Shown here: piece after piece, positions 1 through 8,117 of the stretch
Layout of the letters: every line of letters starts with the position of its first letter
Position numbering within the stretch: position 1 is the stretch's first letter
NCBI RefSeq assembly: GCF_000771745.2
Contig: NZ_JPSL02000038.1
Location: forward strand, 100,024 to 132,023
From: Thermus filiformis
GTDB taxonomy: Bacteria > Deinococcota > Deinococci > Deinococcales > Thermaceae
DNA length: 32,000 bases
Reading direction: 5' to 3'
Notes under the pieces: generated by a model
What the model was told of the DNA's origin: nothing
What the model saw: only the letters and a program-made list of their open reading frames with translations
Database searches by the model: none
Made by a program: the position numbers and the translations under genes

Positions 1-815
1 CGATAGGGCCCGGGGTGTACGACATGAAGGGGAGCTTCGTCCAGCTCCTCTACGCCCTGCGCTTTCTGGAGGAGGCGGGCCTCTCCCACCCGGACCTCAC
101 CGCCCTTTTCACCCCGGACGAGGAGATCGGCTCCCCAGAAAGCCGGCCCTTCATAGAGGAGGAGGCAAGGAGGGCGGACTGGGTCCTGGTCCTGGAGCCC
201 CCCACGCCGGAGGGGGACCTGAAGGTGGCCCGCAAGGGGGTGGGGCTTTACCGGCTCCGGGCCCTGGGCCGGGCGGCCCACCAGGGGGTGGAGCCGGAGA
301 AGGGGGTGAACGCCATCCTCGAGCTCGCCCACCAGACCCTCCGGGTGGCGGCCCTGGAGGACCGGGGGCGGGGGACCACCCTGGGCCCGAACCGCGTCCA
401 GGGGGGGACGGCCACCAACGTGGTGGCCGAGGAGGCGGTCTTGGAGATAGACCTGAGGGCCTGGACACTGGAGGAGGTCCAAAGGGTAGAGGCGGGCCTA
501 AAGGCCCTGAGCCCCGTCCTGGAAGGGGCGAGGCTGGAGCTTACGGGCGGCCTCAACCGCCCCCCCATGGAGCCCACCCCGGCGAGCCTGGCCCTTTTTG
601 AGAAGGCGCGGGACCTGGGAAGGCGGCTGGGGCTGGACCTGAAGCCGGGCCGGGTGGGCGGGGGCTCGGACGGAAACTTCACCACCCCCTTCGCCCCCAC
701 CTTGGACGGCCTGGGCCTCTTCGGCCGGGATGCCCACCAGAAAAGGGAGGCGGTCCACCTGGGCGAGGTCCCCCGCCGGGTGGCCCTGCTCGCCCTCCTC
801 CTTTCCGAGCTATGA
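1..815 (+). CDS. M20 family metallopeptidase (carboxypeptidase G2/ArgE-like), 5' end outside window
   Basis: The frame is open from nt 3. Translation shows GPGVYDMKG, PDEEIGS and GGGSDGN motifs typical of M20 dimetal peptidases. The TGA stop at 813-815 overlaps the next ATG (ATGA). Confidence 0.8.
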   Translation, partial: IGPGVYDMKGSFVQLLYALRFLEEAGLSHPDLTALFTPDEEIGSPESRPFIEEEARRADWVLVLEPPTPEGDLKVARKGVGLYRLRALGRAAHQGVEPEKGVNAILELAHQTLRVAALEDRGRGTTLGPNRVQGGTATNVVAEEAVLEIDLRAWTLEEVQRVEAGLKALSPVLEGARLELTGGLNRPPMEPTPASLALFEKARDLGRRLGLDLKPGRVGGGSDGNFTTPFAPTLDGLGLFGRDAHQKREAVHLGEVPRRVALLALLLSEL

Positions 816-1300
816 GCCCTTCCGCGAGGAAGGTCCAGTCCATCCTGAGGGAGCGGGGTTTTGGACACCTCGAGGTCCTGGAGCTTCCCCGCTCCACCCG
901 CACCGCCCAGGAGGCGGCCCAGGCGGTGGGGGTGGAGGTGGGGCAGATCGTCAAGAGCCTGGTCTTCCAGGGGGAGCGGGGGGCCTACCTCCTCCTGGTG
1001 AGCGGGAAGAACCGGGTGGACCTGGGCAAGGTGGGCCGCCTTTTGGGGCAGAAGGTGGCCCCGGCCCGGGCGGAGGCGGTGCGGTCCCTCACGGGCTTTG
1101 CCGTGGGCGGGGTTCCGCCCGTGGTGGGCTTGCCCGCCCTCATGGACCGGGACCTTCTGGCCTACCCCCAGGTCTGGGCCGCGGGGGGCACCCCGAACGC
1201 CCTCTTCGCCCTCACCCCCGGCGAGCTTCTGGCCCTGACGGGGGCCCAGGTGGTGGACCTGAAGGAGGAAGAATGTTCTGGAGACGGGACCCCTACTTGA
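812..1300 (+). CDS. ybaK: YbaK/EbsC-type aminoacyl-tRNA deacylase domain protein
   Basis: 162-aa ORF. It has the TAQEAAQAVGV..QIVKSLVF..LVSG motif and a GFAVGGVPP motif characteristic of the YbaK/ProRS-associated editing domain. The ATG overlaps the upstream stop. Confidence 0.8.
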   Translation: MSPSARKVQSILRERGFGHLEVLELPRSTRTAQEAAQAVGVEVGQIVKSLVFQGERGAYLLLVSGKNRVDLGKVGRLLGQKVAPARAEAVRSLTGFAVGGVPPVVGLPALMDRDLLAYPQVWAAGGTPNALFALTPGELLALTGAQVVDLKEEECSGDGTPT

Positions 1301-1530
1301 AGCCCGACGGCCCCCAGGCCTTCCGGGTGCGGGTGCGAACCGGGAGCGAGGTGGTGGAGCTCCGCATCTCCCGCACCAGCGAGCTCAGCCCCACGGAAGA
1401 GGGGTACTACGTGCGGAAGGTCATCGTGGCCCCCAGGAGCCTCGAGCGGGCGGTCTTGGAGCTCTGGCTGGACCGACGGGGGAGGTTCCGGAGGGCGGAG
1501 GTGGAGGGCGGGGAGCTCCTTCCGTGGTAG
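1273..1530 (+). CDS. hypothetical protein (85 aa)
   Basis: ATG at 1273 is preceded by AGGAGG (about 1263-1268). This is the C-terminal, non-low-complexity part of ORF 730..1530. I recognise no family. Confidence 0.5.
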   Translation: MFWRRDPYLKPDGPQAFRVRVRTGSEVVELRISRTSELSPTEEGYYVRKVIVAPRSLERAVLELWLDRRGRFRRAEVEGGELLPW

Positions 1531-1542
1531 AATAAGGCCAAT

Positions 1543-1830
1543 ATGGACAAGCTGCTCATCCTCCTGGGGCTTCTCCTGATGGCCTACAACCTGGCCCTCG
1601 GCTTCCGGCTCCGCCGGGCCGCCCCTGGGGGGGTCATCGGGGAGCGGAGCGGGCAGATGCTCTTCCTTGTCGGTTTCTTCGCTCTGGCCTACCTGGCCGT
1701 CCTCCTCCTCACCTGGGGCCAGTCCCCGGGGCTTTCGCAGTACCTCCTGGCGGCGGTCCTCTTCCTGGGGGCGGTCTTCGTCCTCCTGGTCCTGAGGCTT
1801 CTGGAAGCCGTTCTCGCCTCCTTGGAGTAG
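1543..1830 (+). CDS. small integral membrane protein (95 aa, about 3 predicted TM helices)
   Basis: The ORF has strongly hydrophobic Leu/Ala/Val-rich segments and sits tightly between its neighbours. Confidence 0.55.
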   Translation: MDKLLILLGLLLMAYNLALGFRLRRAAPGGVIGERSGQMLFLVGFFALAYLAVLLLTWGQSPGLSQYLLAAVLFLGAVFVLLVLRLLEAVLASLE

Positions 1831-1831
1831 C

Positions 1832-2230
1832 ATGGTCCTGCGCCGCAACCCCAACCCCCCGGTCCAGGGTTGGACCCCCACGGAGGCGGAGTGGCGGGTC
1901 TACACCCTTTGCGACGGCCGCCGCACCGAGGAGGAGGTGGCGCGGGAAAGCGGCCTGGGGGAGGAGGCGTACCTGATCCTGGCCCGCCTCCTGCGCCAGG
2001 GCCTGGTCCAGCCCGTGGAGGGGGCAAGGGAGCTTTGCGAGCGGATTGTGCGCCTTCTGGAGGCCCACCTGGGCGGGCGGGCTAAGCCCTTCGCCGAGCG
2101 GCTCAGGGCCTGCGACTCGAGGGAGCGCCTGGAGGAGGAGGCCCTGAAGGTGGCGCTCAAGGTCAAGCTCACCCTGGACAAAAAGGCGGGGGAGGCCCTG
2201 GAGAAGGCGATTCGGGAGATCTTCCGCTAA
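1832..2230 (+). CDS. hypothetical protein (132 aa)
   Basis: The ATG lies one nt after the upstream TAG. Amino-acid composition is balanced, unlike the overlapping Pro/Gly/Arg-rich frames. No family recognised. Confidence 0.55.
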   Translation: MVLRRNPNPPVQGWTPTEAEWRVYTLCDGRRTEEEVARESGLGEEAYLILARLLRQGLVQPVEGARELCERIVRLLEAHLGGRAKPFAERLRACDSRERLEEEALKVALKVKLTLDKKAGEALEKAIREIFR

Positions 2231-2250
2231 GGGGTGCGTAGACTGGAAGG

Positions 2251-3450
2251 ATGAAGCCGCTTTCCGGCGTGCGGGTGCTGGACCTCTCCCGGGTCCTGGC
2301 GGGGCCGCTTTGCACCATGGTCCTGGCCGACCTGGGGGCGGAGGTCCTCAAGGTGGAGCCCCCCTGGGGGGACGAGACCCGGGCCTGGGGCCCGCCCTTC
2401 GTGGAGGGGGAGAGCGCCTACTTCCTCTCCGTGAACCGGGGGAAGAAGAGCCTGGCCTTGGACCTGAAGTCAAAGGAGGGGCAGGCCATCCTCCGGGCCC
2501 TGGCGCGGGAGGCGGACGTCCTCGTGGAGAACTACAAGGTGGGGGACCTGGCCCGCTACGGCCTGGACTACGCCTCCTTGCGGGAGGAGAACCCCCGCCT
2601 GGTCTACCTCTCCCTCACCGGCTTCGGCCAGACCGGCCCCCGGGCCCAGGAGCCGGGGTACGACGCGGCCCTGCAGGGGTACATCGGCATCATGTCCGTC
2701 ACCGGGGAGCCGGACGGCCCGCCCATGAAGGTGGGGGTGGCCTGGGTGGACGTGATGACGGGGATGATGGGGGTGGCGGCGGTGCTGGCCGCCCTGCTGG
2801 AGCGGGAGAGGAGCGGCCTCGGCCAGCACATAGACCTTTCCCTCTTTGACGTGGGCCTGTTCGCCATGGCCAACCTGGCCCAGAGCTACCTCCTCACCCA
2901 GACCCCCCCGGGGCGGCTCGGCAACGCCCACGCCCAGATCGTCCCCTACGGGGCCTTCCCCGCCCAGGACGGCCACCTCGTCCTGGCGGTGGGCAACGAC
3001 GAGCAGTTCCGGAGGCTCTGCCAGGTCCTGGACCTTCCCGCCCTGGCCGAGGACCCCCGCTTCGCCACCAACCGGGCCCGGGTGGAGCACCGCGAGGCCC
3101 TGGTCCCCCTCCTTTCCGAAAGGCTCCGGAGGCGGCCCCGCGCCTACTGGCTCGCCCGGCTCCGGGAGGTGGGGGTCCCCGCCGCCCCGGTGAACGACCT
3201 CGCGGAGGCCTTCCGGGACCCCCAGGCCGAGGCCCGGGGGGCGGTCTGGTGGCTCCACCACCCCCGGGTGGGCCCCCTGCCCACCTTGGCCGACCCCTTG
3301 CGCTTCTTCTCCCGCACCCCCCTGGGCCCGACCACCCCGCCCCCCCTTCTGGGGGAGCACACCCGGGAGGTCCTCCAGGGGCTGGGGTACGCCGAGGAGG
3401 AGATCGCCCGCCTGGCTCGAGCCGGCGTGGTCAAGGGGCCAGAACTTTAG
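2251..3450 (+). CDS. CoA-transferase family III (CaiB/BaiF) protein
   Basis: 399 aa. The N-terminus reads [33 protein letters not shown], followed by [14 protein letters not shown] and the rest of the typical class III CoA-transferase layout. Confidence 0.9.
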   Translation: MKPLSGVRVLDLSRVLAGPLCTMVLADLGAEVLKVEPPWGDETRAWGPPFVEGESAYFLSVNRGKKSLALDLKSKEGQAILRALAREADVLVENYKVGDLARYGLDYASLREENPRLVYLSLTGFGQTGPRAQEPGYDAALQGYIGIMSVTGEPDGPPMKVGVAWVDVMTGMMGVAAVLAALLERERSGLGQHIDLSLFDVGLFAMANLAQSYLLTQTPPGRLGNAHAQIVPYGAFPAQDGHLVLAVGNDEQFRRLCQVLDLPALAEDPRFATNRARVEHREALVPLLSERLRRRPRAYWLARLREVGVPAAPVNDLAEAFRDPQAEARGAVWWLHHPRVGPLPTLADPLRFFSRTPLGPTTPPPLLGEHTREVLQGLGYAEEEIARLARAGVVKGPEL

Positions 3451-3640
3451 GACCACCCCAGTTTGGCGCAAGCCAGGGGGGATGATACCCTTTTCTGCAG
3501 CTTCCTTCGCATACGCGGTCCCGTCAGAAGGCTCGGGAAAAGCTTTACCGGGGCCCCCGTCCCAGCGCAAGCTGGGACGGGGTGGTTCACCGGGGCCCCC
3601 ATCCTGGCGCAAGCCAGGATGGGGTGGTATGAAAAAGCCC
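3451..3640. repeat. Three tandem-ish copies of a roughly 45-50 nt GC-rich hairpin element with GCAA loop
   Basis: Hairpins are CCCCGTCCCAGC-GCAA-GCTGGGACGGGG (3555-3582) and CCCCATCCTGGC-GCAA-GCCAGGATGGGG (3597-3624), plus a degenerate copy at 3456-3481. Shared flanks are ACCGGGGCCCCC and GGGGTGGT. Confidence 0.8.
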
Positions 3641-3756
3641 CCGGCTTCCCAGCGGCACCCGCCCGTGAGCGCTTAGGGCTGCTTCCTTCCGGACCTGACC
3701 CGGTTCACGCCCCGGGCGCCGCGCTGGACCGGGGGCATCCGGTAGTATAGCACCAA

Positions 3757-4644
3757 ATGGGCGAGGAGGCGCTTTCCATCCAAAGGCTGAGCAAGCGCTA
3801 TGGGAGGAGGCCGGTCCTCGAGGGGGTCAGCCTGAGCGTCCGCCTGGGGGAGGTCTACGCCCTGGCGGGCCCCAACGGCTCGGGCAAGACCACCCTGATC
3901 CGGCTGGCCACCGGCCTGGCCTTCCCCACCCAGGGGGAGGTCTTTCTCCTGGGGGAGGACGTGCACAAGACCCCCGCCGCCCGCAGGCACCTGGGGGCGG
4001 TGGTGGAAGCCCCCGCCGCCTTCTACCCCCATCTGACGGGGAGGGCGAACCTGGAGCGGCACGCCTACCTCCTGGGCCTCTCCCGGGCCGAGGAGCGCAT
4101 CCGGGAGGTCCTGGCCCGGCTTCGGCTTTTGGCGGTGGCCGACCAGAAGGTGGGGGGGTACTCCCTGGGCCAAAGGCAGCGGCTGGGCCTGGCCGCGGCC
4201 CTCCTCTCCGACCCTAAGGTCCTGGTCCTGGACGAGCCCACCTCCGGCCTGGACCCCGAGGGGGTGGAGCTGGTCCACACCCTCTTGGCGGAGGCCTCGA
4301 GGGAGGGGCGGGCGGTCCTCCTCTCCACCCACCACCTGCGGGAGGTTTCGGCCTACGCCCACCGGGTGGGCATCCTGGGGGGCGGGCGGCTTCTGGAGGA
4401 GGTGGTTCTGGACGGGGTCCGGCGCTACGCCCTCGAGGTCTCGGAGCCGGAGCGGGCCCGGGCCTTCCTCCTCACCCAGCCCGGGGTCCTGCGGGCCAGC
4501 CTGATGCGGGGCCGGATCCTCCTGGAGGGGGACCCGGAGGCGGCGCTTTCCGCTCTGGTGCGGGAGGGGTTCAGGGTGCGGGCCTTCTACCCCCACACCT
4601 TTGACCTTCTGGACTACTACCAGGAGAAGGTGGCCCATGCTTAG
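3757..4644 (+). CDS. ABC transporter ATP-binding protein (ABC-2/daunorubicin-type exporter ATPase)
   Basis: Walker A GPNGSGKTT, signature YSLGQRQR and Walker B VLVLDEP. Confidence 0.9.
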   Translation: MGEEALSIQRLSKRYGRRPVLEGVSLSVRLGEVYALAGPNGSGKTTLIRLATGLAFPTQGEVFLLGEDVHKTPAARRHLGAVVEAPAAFYPHLTGRANLERHAYLLGLSRAEERIREVLARLRLLAVADQKVGGYSLGQRQRLGLAAALLSDPKVLVLDEPTSGLDPEGVELVHTLLAEASREGRAVLLSTHHLREVSAYAHRVGILGGGRLLEEVVLDGVRRYALEVSEPERARAFLLTQPGVLRASLMRGRILLEGDPEAALSALVREGFRVRAFYPHTFDLLDYYQEKVAHA

Positions 4645-5407
4645 GGTGATCCTCTGGGAGGTGGGCAAGCTCTTCCTCCTCCGCTCGGTGCGGCTGGGCC
4701 TCTTCTTTGCCTTCGTCCTCCCCTTCGTCTGGTCCTTGGCCCCGGGGCTCAAGGAGGTCTACGGCCTGGTCCTGGTCTCGGGGTGGCAGGTGGTGGCCCT
4801 GGGCCTCCTGGCGGGGATGGAGTTCCTCTTCCCCTTCCTGGTGGTTATGGCGGCTGCGGAGCTATTGGGCTTTGAGGTGGCCCAGGGCACCCTCAAGACC
4901 CTCCTCCTCAGGCCCCTCTCCCGCACCCGGCTCTACCTGGCCAAGCTCCTGGCCGCCCTCCTTTACCCTTTCGCCCTCCTTTTGGCAAGCTTCCTGGGCG
5001 GGGTTCTCGCGGGCCTTCCCCACGGCCTATCCGGCTTCTACGGAGGGACGGGGGTAGGGGAGGGGGGGTTCGCCGGGGTGGGGTACCTGGGGGCCGGGGA
5101 GGCCCTGGGCGAGCTGGTGCGGGCCCACCTCCTGGCCGGCCTGGTCCTCTGGCCCCTGGCCGCCTTGGCCCTCCTCTTCGCTGTGGTCTTCCTCTCCACC
5201 ACCGCCGCCGCCTTGGCCAGCGTGGCCAGCCTCCTCCTGATGCGGCTCTTCGTGGCCTTCCCCGCGCTGAAGCCCTTCCTCCTCACCACCTATCTGGACC
5301 TCTACCTCCGCCCGGACGCCCTGGGCCTGGGCCTGCCCCTCCTCTTCATTTACACCCTGGGCTTCTCGGCCCTGGCCGCCCTCCTCTTTGAGCGGAAGGA
5401 CCTTTAG
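4637..5407 (+). CDS. ABC-2 family transporter permease
   Basis: ATG at 4637 overlaps the ATPase stop (ATGCTTAG). Multi-pass hydrophobic protein immediately downstream of the ATPase. Confidence 0.75.
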   Translation: MLRVILWEVGKLFLLRSVRLGLFFAFVLPFVWSLAPGLKEVYGLVLVSGWQVVALGLLAGMEFLFPFLVVMAAAELLGFEVAQGTLKTLLLRPLSRTRLYLAKLLAALLYPFALLLASFLGGVLAGLPHGLSGFYGGTGVGEGGFAGVGYLGAGEALGELVRAHLLAGLVLWPLAALALLFAVVFLSTTAAALASVASLLLMRLFVAFPALKPFLLTTYLDLYLRPDALGLGLPLLFIYTLGFSALAALLFERKDL

Positions 5408-5451
5408 GGGCATTCGTACCTTCCGTCACAAGGCCTCCGGGTTCACACTAG

Positions 5452-5477
5452 GGATAGGGGTACGGCCTATCCGTACC
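5452..5477 (+). promoter_or_regulatory. Two mutually exclusive short hairpins just upstream of the SQR-like gene RBS
   Basis: GGATAGG (5452-5458) pairs with CCTATCC (5466-5472). Alternatively GGTACGG (5459-5465) pairs with CCGTACC (5471-5477). A further TCGTACC lies near 5414-5420. The RBS GAGGAGG follows at 5478-5484. Confidence 0.3.
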
Positions 5478-5490
5478 GAGGAGGTGGACG

Positions 5491-6627
5491 ATGGCGACTA
5501 AGGTTCTGGTGCTGGGCGGCGGTTCGGGCGGGCTGGTGGCGGCGAACAAGGTGAAGAAGCTCCTGGGCGACCGGGTGGAGGTGGTCCTGGTGGACCGGAA
5601 CACCCACCACGAGTTCATGCCCGCCTACCCCTGGGTGGCGTTCGGCATGCGGGAGCCCGAGCAGATCCGGCGCCCCCTGGCCAACCTGGAGAAGCGGGGG
5701 ATCCAGTACCTCCAGGCCACGGTGGAGGCCCTGAACCCGGCGCAAAACACGGTGAAGACCAGCGCGGGCGAGCTTTCCTACGACTACCTGGTGGTCTCCC
5801 TGGGGGCTGAGGCCATGCCCTCCCCCGCGCCCGACAGTCACGCCCCCTGGAGCATGGCGGGGGCCTTGAAACTCCGGGAGGCCCTAAAGGGCTTCAAGGG
5901 GGGCCGGGTGGTGGTGGGGGTCTCCAGCCCCTACTACCCCTGCCCGCCCGCGCCCTACGAGGTGGCGGGGCAGGTGGAGTTCGCCCTAAAGGTCAAGGGG
6001 GTGCGGCAGGCGAGCAGCGTGGACGTGTTCCACATCAACCCCGCCCCTCTGGCGGGGATGGGCCCCATCATCTCGGGCAAGGTCCTGGAGATCCTGAAGT
6101 CCAAGGGCGTCCGCTTCCACGGGGAGTTTGAGCCGGCCTCCTTTGAGGGTGGGAAGGTGAAGGCCAAGGACGGCCGGGAGCTCCCCTACGACCTCTTGAT
6201 CCTGGTGCCGCCCTTCGCCCCCAACAAGGTGGTCCGGGAGTCCCCCCTGGCGGGGCCCCAGGGCTTCCCCGAGGTGGACCCCTCCACCTTCCGCTCCAAG
6301 AAGTTCGGCAACGTCTTCGTCATCGGCGACACGGTGAACCCCGCCCTGATGCTCCCGCCCGCCGGGGTGGTGGCCCACTTCCAGGGGGAGTTCGTGGCCG
6401 GGGTGATCGCCTCCGACCTCAAGGGGGCCTACATCGGCGAGCCCTTCAACCCGGTGGCCATGTGCATCATGGACTTCGGGGACAACGCCCTCCTGCCCCA
6501 GTGCTCCTTTGACCGGGTCCTGGCCGGGACGGGCATGCCCTCCTGCGGGGTGATGGCGGTGGGCAAGTGGGTGCGGGTGACCAAGATCCTCTTTGAGGGC
6601 TTCTGGTTCGCCACGCTGATTGAGTAG
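5491..6627 (+). CDS. FAD-dependent pyridine nucleotide-disulfide oxidoreductase, sulfide:quinone oxidoreductase-like
   Basis: N-terminal dinucleotide-binding motif VLVLGGGSGG. Cys-containing motifs YYPCPPAPYE and AMCIMDFGD resemble the SQR redox cysteines. Confidence 0.8.
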   Translation: MATKVLVLGGGSGGLVAANKVKKLLGDRVEVVLVDRNTHHEFMPAYPWVAFGMREPEQIRRPLANLEKRGIQYLQATVEALNPAQNTVKTSAGELSYDYLVVSLGAEAMPSPAPDSHAPWSMAGALKLREALKGFKGGRVVVGVSSPYYPCPPAPYEVAGQVEFALKVKGVRQASSVDVFHINPAPLAGMGPIISGKVLEILKSKGVRFHGEFEPASFEGGKVKAKDGRELPYDLLILVPPFAPNKVVRESPLAGPQGFPEVDPSTFRSKKFGNVFVIGDTVNPALMLPPAGVVAHFQGEFVAGVIASDLKGAYIGEPFNPVAMCIMDFGDNALLPQCSFDRVLAGTGMPSCGVMAVGKWVRVTKILFEGFWFATLIE

Positions 6628-6637
6628 GGGGGACGCC

Positions 6638-7237
6638 ATGACGGTAGAGGAACGGCTCAGCCGGATTGAGGAAATCCTGGAGAAGAGCGGGGTGGGGCTC
6701 CTGGCCCAGGTGGGGGTGGGGGAGGCGCTCTCGGAGAACCTGGGCCTCATCATGGAGCCCAAGAACCTTCAGCTCCTCTCCCTCCTCGCCCGCTTCACCG
6801 AGCAGGCGGAGGCGCTGGAGAAGCTGGCGGAGACGCTGGAGAAGCTGGACCGCTCGGGGGCGCTGGCCTTTTTGGGCCACCTTTCCGAGAACTTCGGGGA
6901 GGGGCTGGGGATGCTGATGGAGCCCCAGCTTCTGCGCCTCGTTTCCCACGGGGCGAACGTCTTGGACCTCCTCTCCCGGATCGAGCCCGCGGCCATCGGG
7001 ATGATGGTGGGGGCGGCCCAGAAGGCCATGGGCGAGACCTTCAGCCCCGAGGTGGTGAAGAATCCGCCCAAGGTGGGGCTTGCGGGGCTTCTGCGGCAGC
7101 TTTCCGACCCCGAGGTCCAGGAGGCGTTGGGGATTCTCTTCCTCCTCCTGAAGGCCCTGGCCCGCACGGTGCGGAACATGGGCGAGGAGATGAAGGGCCT
7201 CGAGGCCATGATGGCCAAGATGATGCCCAAGAAGTAG
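6638..7237 (+). CDS. DUF1641 domain protein (usual partner of SQR/NDH-2-like flavoproteins)
   Basis: ATG at 6638 follows a GGGGGGA RBS. The C-terminal GLAGLLRQLSDPEVQEALGILFLLLKAL matches my recollection of the DUF1641 signature. Confidence 0.7.
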   Translation: MTVEERLSRIEEILEKSGVGLLAQVGVGEALSENLGLIMEPKNLQLLSLLARFTEQAEALEKLAETLEKLDRSGALAFLGHLSENFGEGLGMLMEPQLLRLVSHGANVLDLLSRIEPAAIGMMVGAAQKAMGETFSPEVVKNPPKVGLAGLLRQLSDPEVQEALGILFLLLKALARTVRNMGEEMKGLEAMMAKMMPKK

Positions 7238-7238
7238 G

Positions 7239-8111
7239 CTACGGGGCGAAGTACCTTCGGACGAGCTCCCGCACCTCGGGCGGGGGCTCGGCCTTTTCCA
7301 GGTAGACCTCGGCGCTCCTCCGGACCTCAGGGGGCGGTCCCTCGGGCCAGGGGGAGGGAAGGGGGGAGGCGGCCTCCCCCTGGCCCGAGCCCAGGGGAAG
7401 GGGGGCCTGGGGGCCCGCCGGGGCCTCGAGGGGGGGCGGGGGAAGGGAGGGGCCCATCCCCTGGCCCGGCGCCCCTCCCAGAGGGCCGGGGGCCGGGCTG
7501 GACCCTTCCCGGCCGGGGGCCGGGGCTTCCCTTAGGGGGGCCTGGCCTGGTCCCTCCTGGGGCCTTGCGGCGCCCGCCCCCCCTTCCTTGGGGGTCTGGG
7601 GCGCTTGGGGGCCCGGACCGGAAGGGGCCCCATCCTCTCCGGCGGGCGCACCCCTTTCTTTTCCGGCGGAGGGGGGCGCCTCGCCGGGCGAACGCGCGCC
7701 CCCTCCTTGGGGGGATGAGGGCGCCTCCTGGGCCTGGCCGGGGGCCTGGGGGGCCAGCTGGGCGGGGGCCTCCGGCGGGAAGAGGAGGGGGGCGCGGGGG
7801 GAGGGGAGGAGGGTCCAGAGGAGGAGGGCCAGGTAGAGGAGGAAAAGGCCCCACGGAAAGGGGGGAAGGCGGGCCTCCACCCGGCGCGCCGCCTCCCAGA
7901 GGGGGGGCTCCGGGTACTCGAGGGCGGTCAGGTAGGCCAGGCCGTAGCGGCGGGCGATCTCCTTAAGGGCCCGGCCCTCAAAGAGCCGGGCGGGGAGGAG
8001 AAGGCCCAGGAGGGAGGGAAGGGGCCCCAGGAGGAGGAGAAGGAGGGCCAGAAGGAGCCGGGCCTTCCAGGCGAGCCGGCTCGCGTAGGCCCGGTGGAAG
8101 CCGGGGTACAC
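7239..8111 (-). CDS. membrane-anchored protein with about 170-aa Pro/Gly/Ala/Gln-rich low-complexity domain
   Basis: The GTG start lies 6 nt after the upstream stop. There are two hydrophobic helices near the N-terminus. Three frames are open here, so frame choice rests on those TM segments and on operon coupling. Confidence 0.5.
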   Translation of the reverse strand: MYPGFHRAYASRLAWKARLLLALLLLLLGPLPSLLGLLLPARLFEGRALKEIARRYGLAYLTALEYPEPPLWEAARRVEARLPPFPWGLFLLYLALLLWTLLPSPRAPLLFPPEAPAQLAPQAPGQAQEAPSSPQGGGARSPGEAPPSAGKERGAPAGEDGAPSGPGPQAPQTPKEGGAGAARPQEGPGQAPLREAPAPGREGSSPAPGPLGGAPGQGMGPSLPPPPLEAPAGPQAPLPLGSGQGEAASPLPSPWPEGPPPEVRRSAEVYLEKAEPPPEVRELVRRYFAP

Positions 8112-8117
8112 CCCCCA

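Noticed and set aside
151-954. Several antisense or alternate-frame ORFs (151..468, 248..868, 498..758, 679..954) overlapping the M20 and ybaK genes
   Set aside because: Their translations are Pro/Gly/Arg/Ser-rich low complexity, typical of open non-coding frames in high-GC DNA. The sense frames carry recognisable enzyme motifs.
730-1272. N-terminal part of ORF 730..1530
   Set aside because: This is a Gly/Pro/Arg-rich alternate frame of ybaK. Only the segment after the SD-preceded ATG at 1273 looks protein-like.
3451-3640. Possible CRISPR array because of repeated palindromic units
   Set aside because: There are only three units, directly abutting with no unique spacers of regular length. 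The units are divergent in sequence, and no cas genes are nearby.
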